A model generated the notes under the pieces. The model saw only the letters and a list, made by a program, of their open reading frames with translations, did no database searches and was not told where the DNA came from. Below, one piece after another: positions 17,829 to 27,143 of a stretch of 64,000 bases of DNA. How positions within the stretch are numbered: position 1 is the first letter of the stretch; every line of letters starts with the position of its first letter. The stretch comes from Bacilli bacterium. Its GTDB lineage: Bacteria > Bacillota_I > Bacilli_A > RF39 > UBA660. The stretch spans positions 3,684 to 67,683 of the forward strand of contig JAFRVB010000004.1 of assembly GCA_017441845.1 (NCBI GenBank). Reading direction: 5' to 3'. The position numbers and the translations under genes are program-made.

Positions 17829-18782
17829 ATGTATTCAATTCTAAGATTAGACCAAGTAGAAGGAAAAGACAGATTAAAAATATTTGATAAGATAGGTGCA
17901 GATGCTGAAGTAACTGATTTTGCTGTTTATAGAGGTGCTGGGGCTTTCCCATTTAAGGGAAAATATTTAGCTGCTAAAGGTATGGAAGTAGAATCGCCAA
18001 TTTTAGATAAAAGAAGTGCTAGATATTGGACTTCAACTAAAGTTCCTGGATCAATTTCTAAATGCTATGCCTATGGTAAATTAGATAAGGAAGAAGTACC
18101 TGCTTGGAGTGATGAAATCGGAGTAAGAATTTGCGTAGACCTTGATAGTATTAGAGATCAATTAACTGATATCAGAACAGTTGACTATGGACATGGAGAA
18201 GTAACAATAGCTAATTTTGGTGAATTCCCACAAGATAGAGTTTTATCAAACTCAGGAAGAAAAAAAAGAGAAGATTTTCATCAGATGTTTCCAAATTCTG
18301 ATGATGAAGTTAGAAGACTTACTGAAGCTTTTGAAAGAGGAGACATGAAACCAACAGCTAAAAGTTATTCAACATGGGGATATAGAACAGAACTTTATAA
18401 TGATGGAACTGAAAGACATTTTGAACAAATAGAGTCACCTGAATATGAATACGAAGGTAGAAAATATGCTCTTGTTCGTCCCGCAACATTCGAAGAATCT
18501 GAAATGTGGGGTAGAGGATTTGCTTGGATAGAAGTAAAACCAATTGAATGGTATATCGATGAAGAAAGTGGATTAGCTATCTCTAAAGACATATTACTTG
18601 GAGGTATGCCAATAAGTAGAAAAGGATTCTATTTAAATAATTTCAACAATACAATTATTCATGAATTCTTAAATGATGAATTTGCTTTAGATATAAAACC
18701 AATTGATAATAAAAAAGAAATGATTGAAGAAATGTTAGAAGAACCTGAAGAAGAAATAGAAAATAAAACAAAAACGTTATAA
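17829..18782 (+). CDS. Hypothetical protein with DUF6273-like segments
   Basis: The C-terminal IEWYIDEESGLAISKDILLGG ... IHEFLNDEF and the N-terminal RYWTST resemble the DUF6273 pattern (low certainty). Start set at ATG 17829, behind AAGAGG; the track uses GTG 17820. Confidence 0.4.
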   Translation: MYSILRLDQVEGKDRLKIFDKIGADAEVTDFAVYRGAGAFPFKGKYLAAKGMEVESPILDKRSARYWTSTKVPGSISKCYAYGKLDKEEVPAWSDEIGVRICVDLDSIRDQLTDIRTVDYGHGEVTIANFGEFPQDRVLSNSGRKKREDFHQMFPNSDDEVRRLTEAFERGDMKPTAKSYSTWGYRTELYNDGTERHFEQIESPEYEYEGRKYALVRPATFEESEMWGRGFAWIEVKPIEWYIDEESGLAISKDILLGGMPISRKGFYLNNFNNTIIHEFLNDEFALDIKPIDNKKEMIEEMLEEPEEEIENKTKTL

Positions 18783-18809
18783 AAAGTAGTCTAATGACTA
18801 CTTTTTTTT
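18781..18809. terminator. Bidirectional rho-independent terminator between convergent genes
   Basis: agtagtc-taat-gactact hairpin flanked by an A-run on the 5' side and a T-run on the 3' side. It overlaps the stop codon of the TetR gene. Confidence 0.75.
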
Positions 18810-19375
18810 CTATTTAATAAATATTTTCTAGCCCCATCTAAACTTAATTTCTGAATTATATCAGCTATCTCTTCTATATCTTTATCAAAATCATTTTTAA
18901 CCCAATAATTCACAATACCTAAAGCTCCATTAAAGATAAAGATTATTGAGTGTTCTACTTCTTCCATATCAGTATCTATTCCTAGTTCTTTACTCCATTT
19001 ATCTAAACATTTTTCATAAGCTAGTTCTAATACTTCATTTAAGAAATATATATTATGGTTAGTATTAAATAATATTTTTACTAACTTTTTATTTTTCTCG
19101 AAGATAGTTAATATCTCTTTAGAAAAAGCATAAACAGATTCTTGTTCATCTAAAGCATCAATAGCTGGAGAATTCATTAACTCTTTTCTGAAATCTTCTT
19201 CTATTTTATCCTTTAAATCATATACATCTAAATAATATCTATAGAAAGTAGCTCTATTAATATCAGCTATCTTACATATTTCAGTAACAGTAATTTTAGA
19301 AATCTCTTTTTCTTCTAGTAAACTTAAAAATGTATCGACGATTATCTTCTTAGTATATTGTACTCTTCTATCCAT
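18791..19375 (-). CDS. TetR/AcrR family transcriptional regulator
   Basis: N-terminal HTH ITVTEICKIADINRATFYRYY, followed by a helical ligand-binding domain. Confidence 0.85.
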   Translation of the reverse strand: MDRRVQYTKKIIVDTFLSLLEEKEISKITVTEICKIADINRATFYRYYLDVYDLKDKIEEDFRKELMNSPAIDALDEQESVYAFSKEILTIFEKNKKLVKILFNTNHNIYFLNEVLELAYEKCLDKWSKELGIDTDMEEVEHSIIFIFNGALGIVNYWVKNDFDKDIEEIADIIQKLSLDGARKYLLNRKKSSH

Positions 19376-19389
19376 AGAACCTCCTTTTT

Positions 19390-19473
19390 AAACAATTATT
19401 ATATTGATTGTTTAATAACTAACATATATCTAATAATTGGTTATTGATATATAAATTACTTAGATTATATAAT
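19390..19473. promoter_or_regulatory. Divergent promoter/operator region between the TetR gene and the acyl-CoA ligase gene
   Basis: IR1: AAACAAT-N10-ATTGTTT (19390-19413). IR2: AATAACTAA-N14-TTGGTTATT (19414-19445, one mismatch). Putative -35 TTGATA (19444-19449) and -10 TATAAT (19468-19473). IR2 abuts the -35. Confidence 0.45.
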
Positions 19474-19515
19474 AAAATCAAGAGATTTTCAACAAGTGTT
19501 TAAAAAGGAGATAAT

Positions 19516-21234
19516 ATGAAAATACTAGATAAAGTAAAAGAAAAACTAAATTATAATAAAAAATGGGATAAATATTATGGTAAAGGTAAAAATAAAATTA
19601 AAGTACCTAATTTATCTTTATATGAATTCATGAATGAATCTAGCCTAAATTATATTAATAATTATGCGATAAATTATTTTGGTAAAAGAATGACTTATAG
19701 AGAATTCTTTTATGAGATAGATAAATGTGCTAAAGCACTTAGAAGTCATGGTATTAGACCAGGTGATGTTGTTAGTATATGTATGGCTAATACTCCTGAA
19801 GCTATTATTTCATTTTACGCTGTTAATAAAATAGGGGCTATCTCTAATATGATTCATCCATTATCAGCAGAAGAAGAAATCAAGGACAGTTTAAATGCTA
19901 CAAATAGTGTAATGTTAATACTTATTAATGTTGCTTACGATAGGGTAAAAAATATTATTGATGAGACTAATGTTTATAAAACAGTCATTGTATCTGCTAT
20001 GGACTCAATGCCTTCGTTTACTGGATTAGGTTACTTTCTTTTAGAAGATAGAAAAGTAAAAATACCTAAGAATGATGGAGAGTTTATTCAATGGAGTGAA
20101 TTTATCAAAAAAGGAGAAAACTCTAATGCTAAAGTATTAGTTAAAACAACTAAAAATCAACCCGCAGTTATCCTTCATTCAGGAGGTACTACAGGTACTC
20201 CTAAAAATATAGTTTTAAATAATGGAAATATTAATGTCGTTATAGAACAAGTTCGTATTGGATTACCAGATCTAGATGAAACTGACAAGATGTTAACGAT
20301 ACTTCCTTTATTTCACTGTTTTGGTTTAGTAGAATGTGTTCATTATCCATTATGTAGTGGTGCTGAAATCATACTAATTCCTAAGTTTGATGCCTCTCGC
20401 TTTGATAAATTATTAACTAAATATAAACCAACAATAGTACCAGGTGTACCTACTCTTTTTGAAGCTTTAATCAATAATAAACATATGAAAAAAGTAGATC
20501 TATCTTTCATAAAATACATAGTATCTGGTGGAGATACTATGAATGCTGAAAAGAATAAGTTGTTAAATGACTTCTTAGCTGAACATAATTGTAATACTGA
20601 ATTAAAACAAGGTTATGGTATGACTGAAACTTCAGGTGGATGTATCTTTGGAGTACTAGGGACAGCTAAATTAGGTAGTGTTGGAATACCACTACCAGGT
20701 AATGAAGTAAAAATAATGGATATTAATTCTGATCAAGAGATGAAAGATGGTGAAATAGGAGAAATCTATATAACTGGACCATCTGTAATGACAGGATATT
20801 TAGATAATATTAAAGAGACCAATGAAATACTTCAAAAAGATAAAGCTGGTAAGATTTGGGTTAAAACAGGAGACTTAGGTTATTTAGATAAAGATGGATT
20901 ATTATACTATGTTCAAAGATTAAAAAGAATGCTTATTGTATCCGGATATAATGTTTATCCTTCTCATATTGAAGAAGTTCTAAATAAACATGAATATATT
21001 CTAAGTTGTGGAGTAGTAGGTATTCCTCATCCATATAAAGTACAAGTACCTAAAGCTTATATAGTATTAAAAGAAGATGTAAAAGCATCTCATAAAGTAA
21101 AAAAAGAAATAAAAGAATATTGTAAGAAAAACCTAGCTCATTACATGTTACCCAAAGAATTTGTCTTTAAAGAATCTCTTCCTAAAACTAAATTAGGTAA
21201 AGTAGATTATCGTGAATTAGAAAAAGATAAATAA
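19516..21234 (+). CDS. AMP-dependent acyl-CoA synthetase/ligase (long-chain fatty-acid-CoA ligase-like)
   Basis: AMP-binding motif ILHSGGTTGTPKNI, plus GYGMTET, TGDLGYLDKDG and the C-terminal LPKTKLGKV. Confidence 0.85.
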   Translation: MKILDKVKEKLNYNKKWDKYYGKGKNKIKVPNLSLYEFMNESSLNYINNYAINYFGKRMTYREFFYEIDKCAKALRSHGIRPGDVVSICMANTPEAIISFYAVNKIGAISNMIHPLSAEEEIKDSLNATNSVMLILINVAYDRVKNIIDETNVYKTVIVSAMDSMPSFTGLGYFLLEDRKVKIPKNDGEFIQWSEFIKKGENSNAKVLVKTTKNQPAVILHSGGTTGTPKNIVLNNGNINVVIEQVRIGLPDLDETDKMLTILPLFHCFGLVECVHYPLCSGAEIILIPKFDASRFDKLLTKYKPTIVPGVPTLFEALINNKHMKKVDLSFIKYIVSGGDTMNAEKNKLLNDFLAEHNCNTELKQGYGMTETSGGCIFGVLGTAKLGSVGIPLPGNEVKIMDINSDQEMKDGEIGEIYITGPSVMTGYLDNIKETNEILQKDKAGKIWVKTGDLGYLDKDGLLYYVQRLKRMLIVSGYNVYPSHIEEVLNKHEYILSCGVVGIPHPYKVQVPKAYIVLKEDVKASHKVKKEIKEYCKKNLAHYMLPKEFVFKESLPKTKLGKVDYRELEKDK

Positions 21235-21236
21235 AA

Positions 21237-21261
21237 AGAGTGTATAATGACACTCTTTTTT
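21237..21261 (+). terminator. Rho-independent terminator
   Basis: agagtgt-ataatg-acactct hairpin followed by a T-run. Confidence 0.8.
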
Positions 21262-21334
21262 ATTAAAAAAGTTTGTATGAATTTTAATAATATTATATAA
21301 TAAGATGAGAGGATTGTATAAAGGAGATGATAAC

Positions 21335-22108
21335 ATGATGCCAGTATTATTTGTCTCACATGGAACTCCAGATTTTGCTAAAGAAGACAGTGAACTAACT
21401 AAAAAACTTAATGATATTGGTAACAAGATTATCGAAAAATATGGTAAACCTAAAGCTATTCTGATGCTATCATCTCATTGGACTACTGTAGGTAATTATG
21501 TTCAAGAAACTGAATATCCTGATCAGATATTTGATATTTATGGTATGCCTGAAGAATTATATCATATATCATATTCAGTTTTAGGAGACTTAGAATTATC
21601 TAAAAAAGTAAAAGCAATCCAAAAATTAAAAGTAAAAACTGATAATAGTTGGGGAATAGATCATGGAGCATGGGCAGTACTTGTTCATATGTTTCCTAAA
21701 AAAGATATTCCAGTAGTACAACTAAGTATCAATGAATTATATAATCCAAAAGACTGCTATGAAGCAGGAAAATTATTAAAAGAATTAAGAGAAGAATATT
21801 TAATTATCGGATCAGGAAGTGTCGTACATAACTTACGTTTAACAGACTGGTCTAGTGATAAAGGTACAGGAGAATGTATTGCTTTTGATAACTACATTAT
21901 GGAAGCAGTAAGAACTAGAAATGATGAAGAAGTAATTGCATTTGATAATAATCCAAATTCAAAATATGCTGTACCAACAACAGAGCACTTGATGCCACTT
22001 CTTTATTGTTTAGGCGCTAGTGTTGATGAAAAAGTAGAAGTATTCAATAATGTTCAAACAAAAAATGCTATTTCAATGACAAGTTATTTAATAGGAAACA
22101 ATGAGTAG
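21335..22108 (+). CDS. Class III extradiol dioxygenase (YgiD / 4,5-DOPA dioxygenase-like, LigB family)
   Basis: MPVLFVSHGTP ... AILMLSSHW ... WGIDHGAW ... GSGSVVHNL fits the family pattern. Start set at the Met pair behind AAGGAG. Confidence 0.7.
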   Translation: MMPVLFVSHGTPDFAKEDSELTKKLNDIGNKIIEKYGKPKAILMLSSHWTTVGNYVQETEYPDQIFDIYGMPEELYHISYSVLGDLELSKKVKAIQKLKVKTDNSWGIDHGAWAVLVHMFPKKDIPVVQLSINELYNPKDCYEAGKLLKELREEYLIIGSGSVVHNLRLTDWSSDKGTGECIAFDNYIMEAVRTRNDEEVIAFDNNPNSKYAVPTTEHLMPLLYCLGASVDEKVEVFNNVQTKNAISMTSYLIGNNE

Positions 22109-22136
22109 GAATTTAGTATTTTGCTAAATTCCTTTT
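22108..22136 (+). terminator. Rho-independent terminator
   Basis: ggaatttag-tattttg-ctaaattcc hairpin followed by TTTT. Confidence 0.75.
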
Positions 22137-22154
22137 ACTTAGAAAGGGAGATAT

Positions 22155-23750
22155 ATGACAACACAAGTAATTATAGCTCAAGTCTTTAGTGTGATTAGCT
22201 GGTGTTTATTACTTTATAGTTATTACAAAGAAGATGTTAAAGACTTAATCAGAATCCAAATATTAGTATCATTAATGGATATACTATGTTATATCTTTTT
22301 AGGTGCAATATCTGGAATCATAGTAGCGACATTTGAACTTATTCAAGGTATAGCTTTCTATAAAACTGATAAAGCCAAAAATATCTTTTTATTAACTATA
22401 CCAATCTATATAGTATATGCTTTATTTACTTATCATACTCCTGTCGCCCTATTACCAGTACTCGCAACATTCATAGATAATTTAAGTTTAACTAGAGGTA
22501 AAACTTTCGCAACTATTGGAGGAATTCTAGCACAAACTTCTTGGGCAGTATATGACTTCTCAGTATACTCATATGTTGGAGCTTTAACAGATATTATTAT
22601 TGTTATATCTAATTTATCTATTTTAATTTTAGGTTACTCTTATATTAAGAGAGTTAATAAACTAAATGTTAATAGATGTAGCTATTTATCTAATAATATT
22701 AATAATGTTCTTCATCAAATAGATAAAACTAATTATCAAGAAGATCTTTTATATGAACCACATCATAATAAAGAATTATTTAATAAAAATAAAGATTCTC
22801 TTCTTCTAATTAATTATAAAAATAAAATAATAGGTTATGTATCATACTATGTAATATCAAAAGAAGAAGTAGATAAAATAATAAATAAACATAAATATGA
22901 TATAAACTATTCTATTGATAATATAATTAATTTTAAAAAGAATAGTAAAAACTATTTAATAATAAATAATATAAGTCTAAATAAAAATTATCAGAATAAG
23001 GATAGTATTGATCTAATTATTGATAATATTAAAAGATATTTAAAAAGAAAATATTATCAAGGATATAAGATAGAACAGATTATTTCTCCTGCTATAAATT
23101 CTTTCGAAAAAAGAGTTTTAGAAGTATCTGGATTTACTAAGTATAAAGATTATTCTAATGATACTACTCTATATACTATGAGTAGAGAAGAATTAGAAAA
23201 TATATTTTTAGGTACTGGTAAATATAAATTATTAGATGAAGATGAAATAACTGATAATGTTTTTGATGAGATATTAAAACTAGATAAGAGAAATCTAACT
23301 AAAGAAGATTTATGGGATACATCTTATCAAAAAGAAGTATTTAATAAGAATAAAGATAGTTTTATAATAATTACTAGGAATAATAAAGTAGTAGCTTATT
23401 TAAATTATTTATCTATTACTAAGAATACTTATAATAATATTAATGAAAAACCTATAGATTTAAAAACTAGAGAGATTAAAGGATATACTAGATATGATTA
23501 TAATTATATAAATATAGAATCCATAGTTATAGGTAAAAAATATCGTAATAATGAAATTAATAATATGTTAATTAATACTTTTATTAATAGGATTAGAGTA
23601 TTAGATAAAGAAGATTATTTTATTAGAGGTATTAATGCTAGACCAAATACTAATACTTGTAGAAGAATAGTTAGAAAAATAGGTCTAAGTAGAAGAAAAA
23701 ATAATTTATATGTATTAGAAGATAATAAGTTATATGAAAAATTAAAATAA
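22155..23750 (+). CDS. YgjV-like membrane domain fused to two tandem GNAT-like (acetyltransferase-fold) repeats
   Basis: The N-terminal ~170 aa form 5-6 TM helices (YgjV-like). Two paralogous soluble modules follow (EDLLYEPHHNKELFNKNKDSLLLINYKNKIIGYVSY vs EDLWDTSYQKEVFNKNKDSFIIITRNNKVVAYLNY). Confidence 0.5.
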   Translation: MTTQVIIAQVFSVISWCLLLYSYYKEDVKDLIRIQILVSLMDILCYIFLGAISGIIVATFELIQGIAFYKTDKAKNIFLLTIPIYIVYALFTYHTPVALLPVLATFIDNLSLTRGKTFATIGGILAQTSWAVYDFSVYSYVGALTDIIIVISNLSILILGYSYIKRVNKLNVNRCSYLSNNINNVLHQIDKTNYQEDLLYEPHHNKELFNKNKDSLLLINYKNKIIGYVSYYVISKEEVDKIINKHKYDINYSIDNIINFKKNSKNYLIINNISLNKNYQNKDSIDLIIDNIKRYLKRKYYQGYKIEQIISPAINSFEKRVLEVSGFTKYKDYSNDTTLYTMSREELENIFLGTGKYKLLDEDEITDNVFDEILKLDKRNLTKEDLWDTSYQKEVFNKNKDSFIIITRNNKVVAYLNYLSITKNTYNNINEKPIDLKTREIKGYTRYDYNYINIESIVIGKKYRNNEINNMLINTFINRIRVLDKEDYFIRGINARPNTNTCRRIVRKIGLSRRKNNLYVLEDNKLYEKLK

Positions 23751-23786
23751 AATGATACAATTATGTTAAGGTAAAGGTGGTTGACT

Positions 23787-24632
23787 ATGTATAAGGTATA
23801 TGAAAACAAACAAATAAGTCCAGATTCTTACTTAATGGAGATAGAAGCTCCATTATCAGTTAAGAAAGCACTTCCTGGTCAATTTGTAATAGTAATGGCT
23901 AAGGAAGATAGTGAGAGAATTCCACTAACTATTTATGATTATAATTCTAAAGATGGTATTTTAAAGGTTATTTATCAAGTTATTGGAGCTTCAACTGAAG
24001 AATTAACTTATGTAAAAAAAGAATTGTTCTCAGTAGCCGGACCATTAGGTAATGCTAATGAAATATGTGCTAATCCTGATAAATTTATGAATAAGAGAAT
24101 TTGTTATGTTGCGGGAGGAGTAGGTATCGCACCTGTTTATCCACAAGTTAAATTCTTACATAGAAGAGGATTAAAGATAGATGTTATTTATGGATCTCGT
24201 CAAGCTAATATGCTTTTAATTAGAGATAAGATTGAAAGAGTTTGTAATAAGATCTATTATGCTACAGATGATGGTTCATTTGGAACACATGGATTTGTTA
24301 CTGATATCTTAGAGAAAAATATTCATCATTATGACATCGTAGTCGCTATCGGACCTATACCTATGATGAAAGCAGTAGCTGAGGTTACTAAGAAATACAA
24401 TAAGAAATGTATAGTTTCAATGAATCCACTAATGGTTGATGGTTCTGGAATGTGCGGAGCTTGCCGTTGTGAAATAGAAGGAAAACCAAAATTTGCTTGT
24501 GTAGATGGACCTGAGTTTGATGGTCACAAAGTTAATTTTGATTTAGCGATGAAAAGAATGAAGATATATAAAGAAGAAGAAGCAATCAAATGGGAAGAAA
24601 TGAAAAAACGTCTTGCCAAGGAGAAGAAATAG
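23787..24632 (+). CDS. Ferredoxin-NADP+ reductase-like FAD/NAD-binding subunit (NfnA / glutamate synthase partner, PyrK-like)
   Basis: FAD/NAD-binding fold (RIPLTIYD, VAGGVGIAP) plus a C-terminal Cys cluster GMCGACRC...FACVDGPEF. Confidence 0.8.
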   Translation: MYKVYENKQISPDSYLMEIEAPLSVKKALPGQFVIVMAKEDSERIPLTIYDYNSKDGILKVIYQVIGASTEELTYVKKELFSVAGPLGNANEICANPDKFMNKRICYVAGGVGIAPVYPQVKFLHRRGLKIDVIYGSRQANMLLIRDKIERVCNKIYYATDDGSFGTHGFVTDILEKNIHHYDIVVAIGPIPMMKAVAEVTKKYNKKCIVSMNPLMVDGSGMCGACRCEIEGKPKFACVDGPEFDGHKVNFDLAMKRMKIYKEEEAIKWEEMKKRLAKEKK

Positions 24633-24642
24633 GGGTGATTTG

Positions 24643-26004
24643 ATGGAAAAGAATGAAAAAGCAAAAATGAGAACTCAAGACCCTAAAGTAAGAGCTAAAA
24701 ACTTTAAAGAAGTAGAACTAGGTTTTACTAGAACACAAGCTTTAAAAGAAGCTAATAGATGTCTTCATTGTGCTGTACCTAAATGTGTTGAGGGATGTCC
24801 TGTTAATATCGCAATACCTGACTTTATTGAACAAATAAAATTAGGTAATATTGAAAAAGCCTATGAAATAATAAGTGATTCATCTAGTTTAGCTGCGATA
24901 TGTGGAAGAGTTTGTCCTCAAGAAAAACAATGTGAAAGTAAATGCGTTCGTGGTCTTAAAGGAGAAGCAATCGCTATTGGTTCACTAGAAAGATATGTCG
25001 CAGATGAAGCTATCAAAAATGGTTTTGAATCATTAAAGAAGAAAAGAAGAAATGGTAAGAAAGTCGCTATTGTTGGAGCTGGACCCTCTGGTCTAACTTG
25101 CGCTGGAGACTTAATCAAAGAAGGCTTTGAAGTAACTATTTATGAAGTTCTTCATCAAGCCGGAGGAGTATTAGTATATGGTATTCCTGAATTTAGACTT
25201 CCAAAAGATATTGTAAAAAAACAAGTTGAATCTCTAGAAAAACTAGGAGTAAAAATAAATTTAAATGTACCTATAGGTAATGCTTTAACTATTGATGATT
25301 TAAAGAAAGAATATGATGCAATTTACTTAGGTACTGGAGCTGGTCTTCCTAAATTTATGGGTATCGAAGGAGAAAATGCTCAAGGAGTATTCTCTGCTAA
25401 TGAGATTTTAACTAGAATTAATCTAATGAAAGCATATAAACCTGACTCTAAAACACCAATCAAATTAGGCAAAAGAGCTTATGTTATTGGTGGAGGAAAT
25501 GTCGCAATGGATGCTGTTAGATCATTGAGACGTTTAGGAGTAGATGCTCACATACTTTATAGAAGAAGTTTAGATGAACTACCTGCTCGTAAGGCAGAAG
25601 TTAATCATGCTCAAGAAGAAGGAGTTAAGTTTAATCTATTAACTAATCCAGTAAAAATATTAGTAGATGAAAATAATAATGTTACTGGTATGGAAGTAGT
25701 AGATATGGTACTTGGTGAACCAGGAGAAGATGGAAGAAGAAGTGTTACAGAAAAACCTGGATCTAATCATGTGGTTGACTGTGATATGGTTGTCATGGCA
25801 CTAGGTACTGGACCAAATCATGCTGCTTTAAAGGATAGTAAAGTAGAACTATCTGATAGAGGCTTAATAGTTGTTAATGGTACAAAAACATCTGATAAGA
25901 AAATATTTGCTGGTGGAGATGCTGTAACAGGAGCCGCAACAGTTATTTTAGCCATGGAAGCAGGTAAGAATGCTGCTAAAGAAATAATTGAATCATTAAG
26001 TTGA
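24643..26004 (+). CDS. NADPH-dependent glutamate synthase small-chain-like oxidoreductase (NfnB/GltA-type)
   Basis: Two Fe-S Cys motifs (CLHCAVPKCVEGCP; CGRVCPQEKQCESKC), dinucleotide folds VAIVGAGPSGL and VIGGGNVAMD, and the C-terminal FAGGD. Start set at the Met behind AGGGGTGA. Confidence 0.85.
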   Translation: MEKNEKAKMRTQDPKVRAKNFKEVELGFTRTQALKEANRCLHCAVPKCVEGCPVNIAIPDFIEQIKLGNIEKAYEIISDSSSLAAICGRVCPQEKQCESKCVRGLKGEAIAIGSLERYVADEAIKNGFESLKKKRRNGKKVAIVGAGPSGLTCAGDLIKEGFEVTIYEVLHQAGGVLVYGIPEFRLPKDIVKKQVESLEKLGVKINLNVPIGNALTIDDLKKEYDAIYLGTGAGLPKFMGIEGENAQGVFSANEILTRINLMKAYKPDSKTPIKLGKRAYVIGGGNVAMDAVRSLRRLGVDAHILYRRSLDELPARKAEVNHAQEEGVKFNLLTNPVKILVDENNNVTGMEVVDMVLGEPGEDGRRSVTEKPGSNHVVDCDMVVMALGTGPNHAALKDSKVELSDRGLIVVNGTKTSDKKIFAGGDAVTGAATVILAMEAGKNAAKEIIESLS

Positions 26005-26049
26005 TTATAATTATTTTTTTTGCTATATTAAACCAAAAGGACTGAGTAT

Positions 26050-27139
26050 ATGGAATTAAGAGAAATAAAAAAAGAACTAGAAGATAATCTAGAAATAATT
26101 AATAATCTATGGAGGGCACTTTGACATAGATTCTATTCAAACTGAAATAGATAAGTTATCTAAAGAAACAGAAAAACCAGATTTTTGGAATGATCGAGAA
26201 GAAGCAGAAACTATAATTAAAGAATTAAATGATAAAAAAGAAGTAGTAGAAAACATCAAAGAATTAAAAACAAAACTAACAGATAACTTAGAATTACTAA
26301 ATCTAGTCGATGAATCTGAACTAAGTGATATAGAAAAAGATACCAAATTATTAACAGAAGCTGTTGAAAAAACAAATTTACTGTTATTGCTGAATGGACC
26401 ATATGATAAAAATAATTGTATTCTAGAAATTCATCCAGGAGCTGGAGGTACTGAATCATGTGATTGGGCATCAATGCTTTATCGGATGTATACTAGGTAT
26501 TGTGAAAAGAAAAACTATAAAGTAGAAATCTTAGACTATCAAGATGGAGAAGAAGCAGGTATAAAGAGTGTATCTATGCTAGTTAAAGGATTGAATGCTT
26601 ATGGTTACCTTAAGAATGAAAAAGGTATTCACAGATTAGTTAGATTATCTCCATTTGATTCAAACAATCGAAGACATACATCATTTGTTTCAGTAGAAGT
26701 AACTCCAGAGATAGAGAAAAATGATGAGATTGAGATCGATGAGAAAGATTTAAAGATAGATGTTTACCGTTCAAGTGGAGCAGGAGGACAAGGAGTTAAT
26801 ACTACAGACTCAGCTGTCAGAATTACTCATCTACCTACTAAGATAGTCGTAACTTGTCAGAATGAAAGAAGTCAAATTCAAAATAAAGAACATGCACTTA
26901 ATGTTCTTAAAAATAAATTATTAATACTAAAAATGGAACAAGAAGAAGATGAATTAAACAAAATAAAAGGAGAATCTAAAGAGATAAACTTTGGTTCTCA
27001 AATTAGAAGTTATGTTCTTCATCCATATTCAATGATTAAAGATCATAGAACTAATGTTGAAACATCTAATACTGATAAAGTATTAGATGGAGACTTAGAT
27101 ATGTTTATAGAAGAAAACTTAAAAAGGAATGTGAGGTAA
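26050..27139 (+). CDS. prfB: Peptide chain release factor 2, expressed via a programmed +1 frameshift
   Basis: ORF0 (26050-26124) ends in CTT TGA C. The +1 frame continues with no stop through to 27139 and carries the SPF (RLSPFDS) and GGQ (SGAGGQGVN) motifs. Confidence 0.9.
26111..26125 (+). promoter_or_regulatory. prfB: prfB +1 frameshift site: internal SD-like GGAGGG followed by the slippery CTT TGA C
   Basis: ggagggcactttgac: the SD-like element is 2 nt upstream of the CTT codon, followed by the in-frame UGA and then C. This is the canonical RF2 autoregulatory arrangement. Confidence 0.9.
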
Positions 27140-27143
27140 TAAT

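Noticed and set aside
26137-26474. - strand ORFs (69 and 72 aa) in an apparently 'empty' region between the nfnB-like gene and the track's prfB ORF.
   Set aside because: The region is actually the N-terminal third of prfB, read in the +1 frame after the programmed frameshift. The antisense ORFs are spurious.
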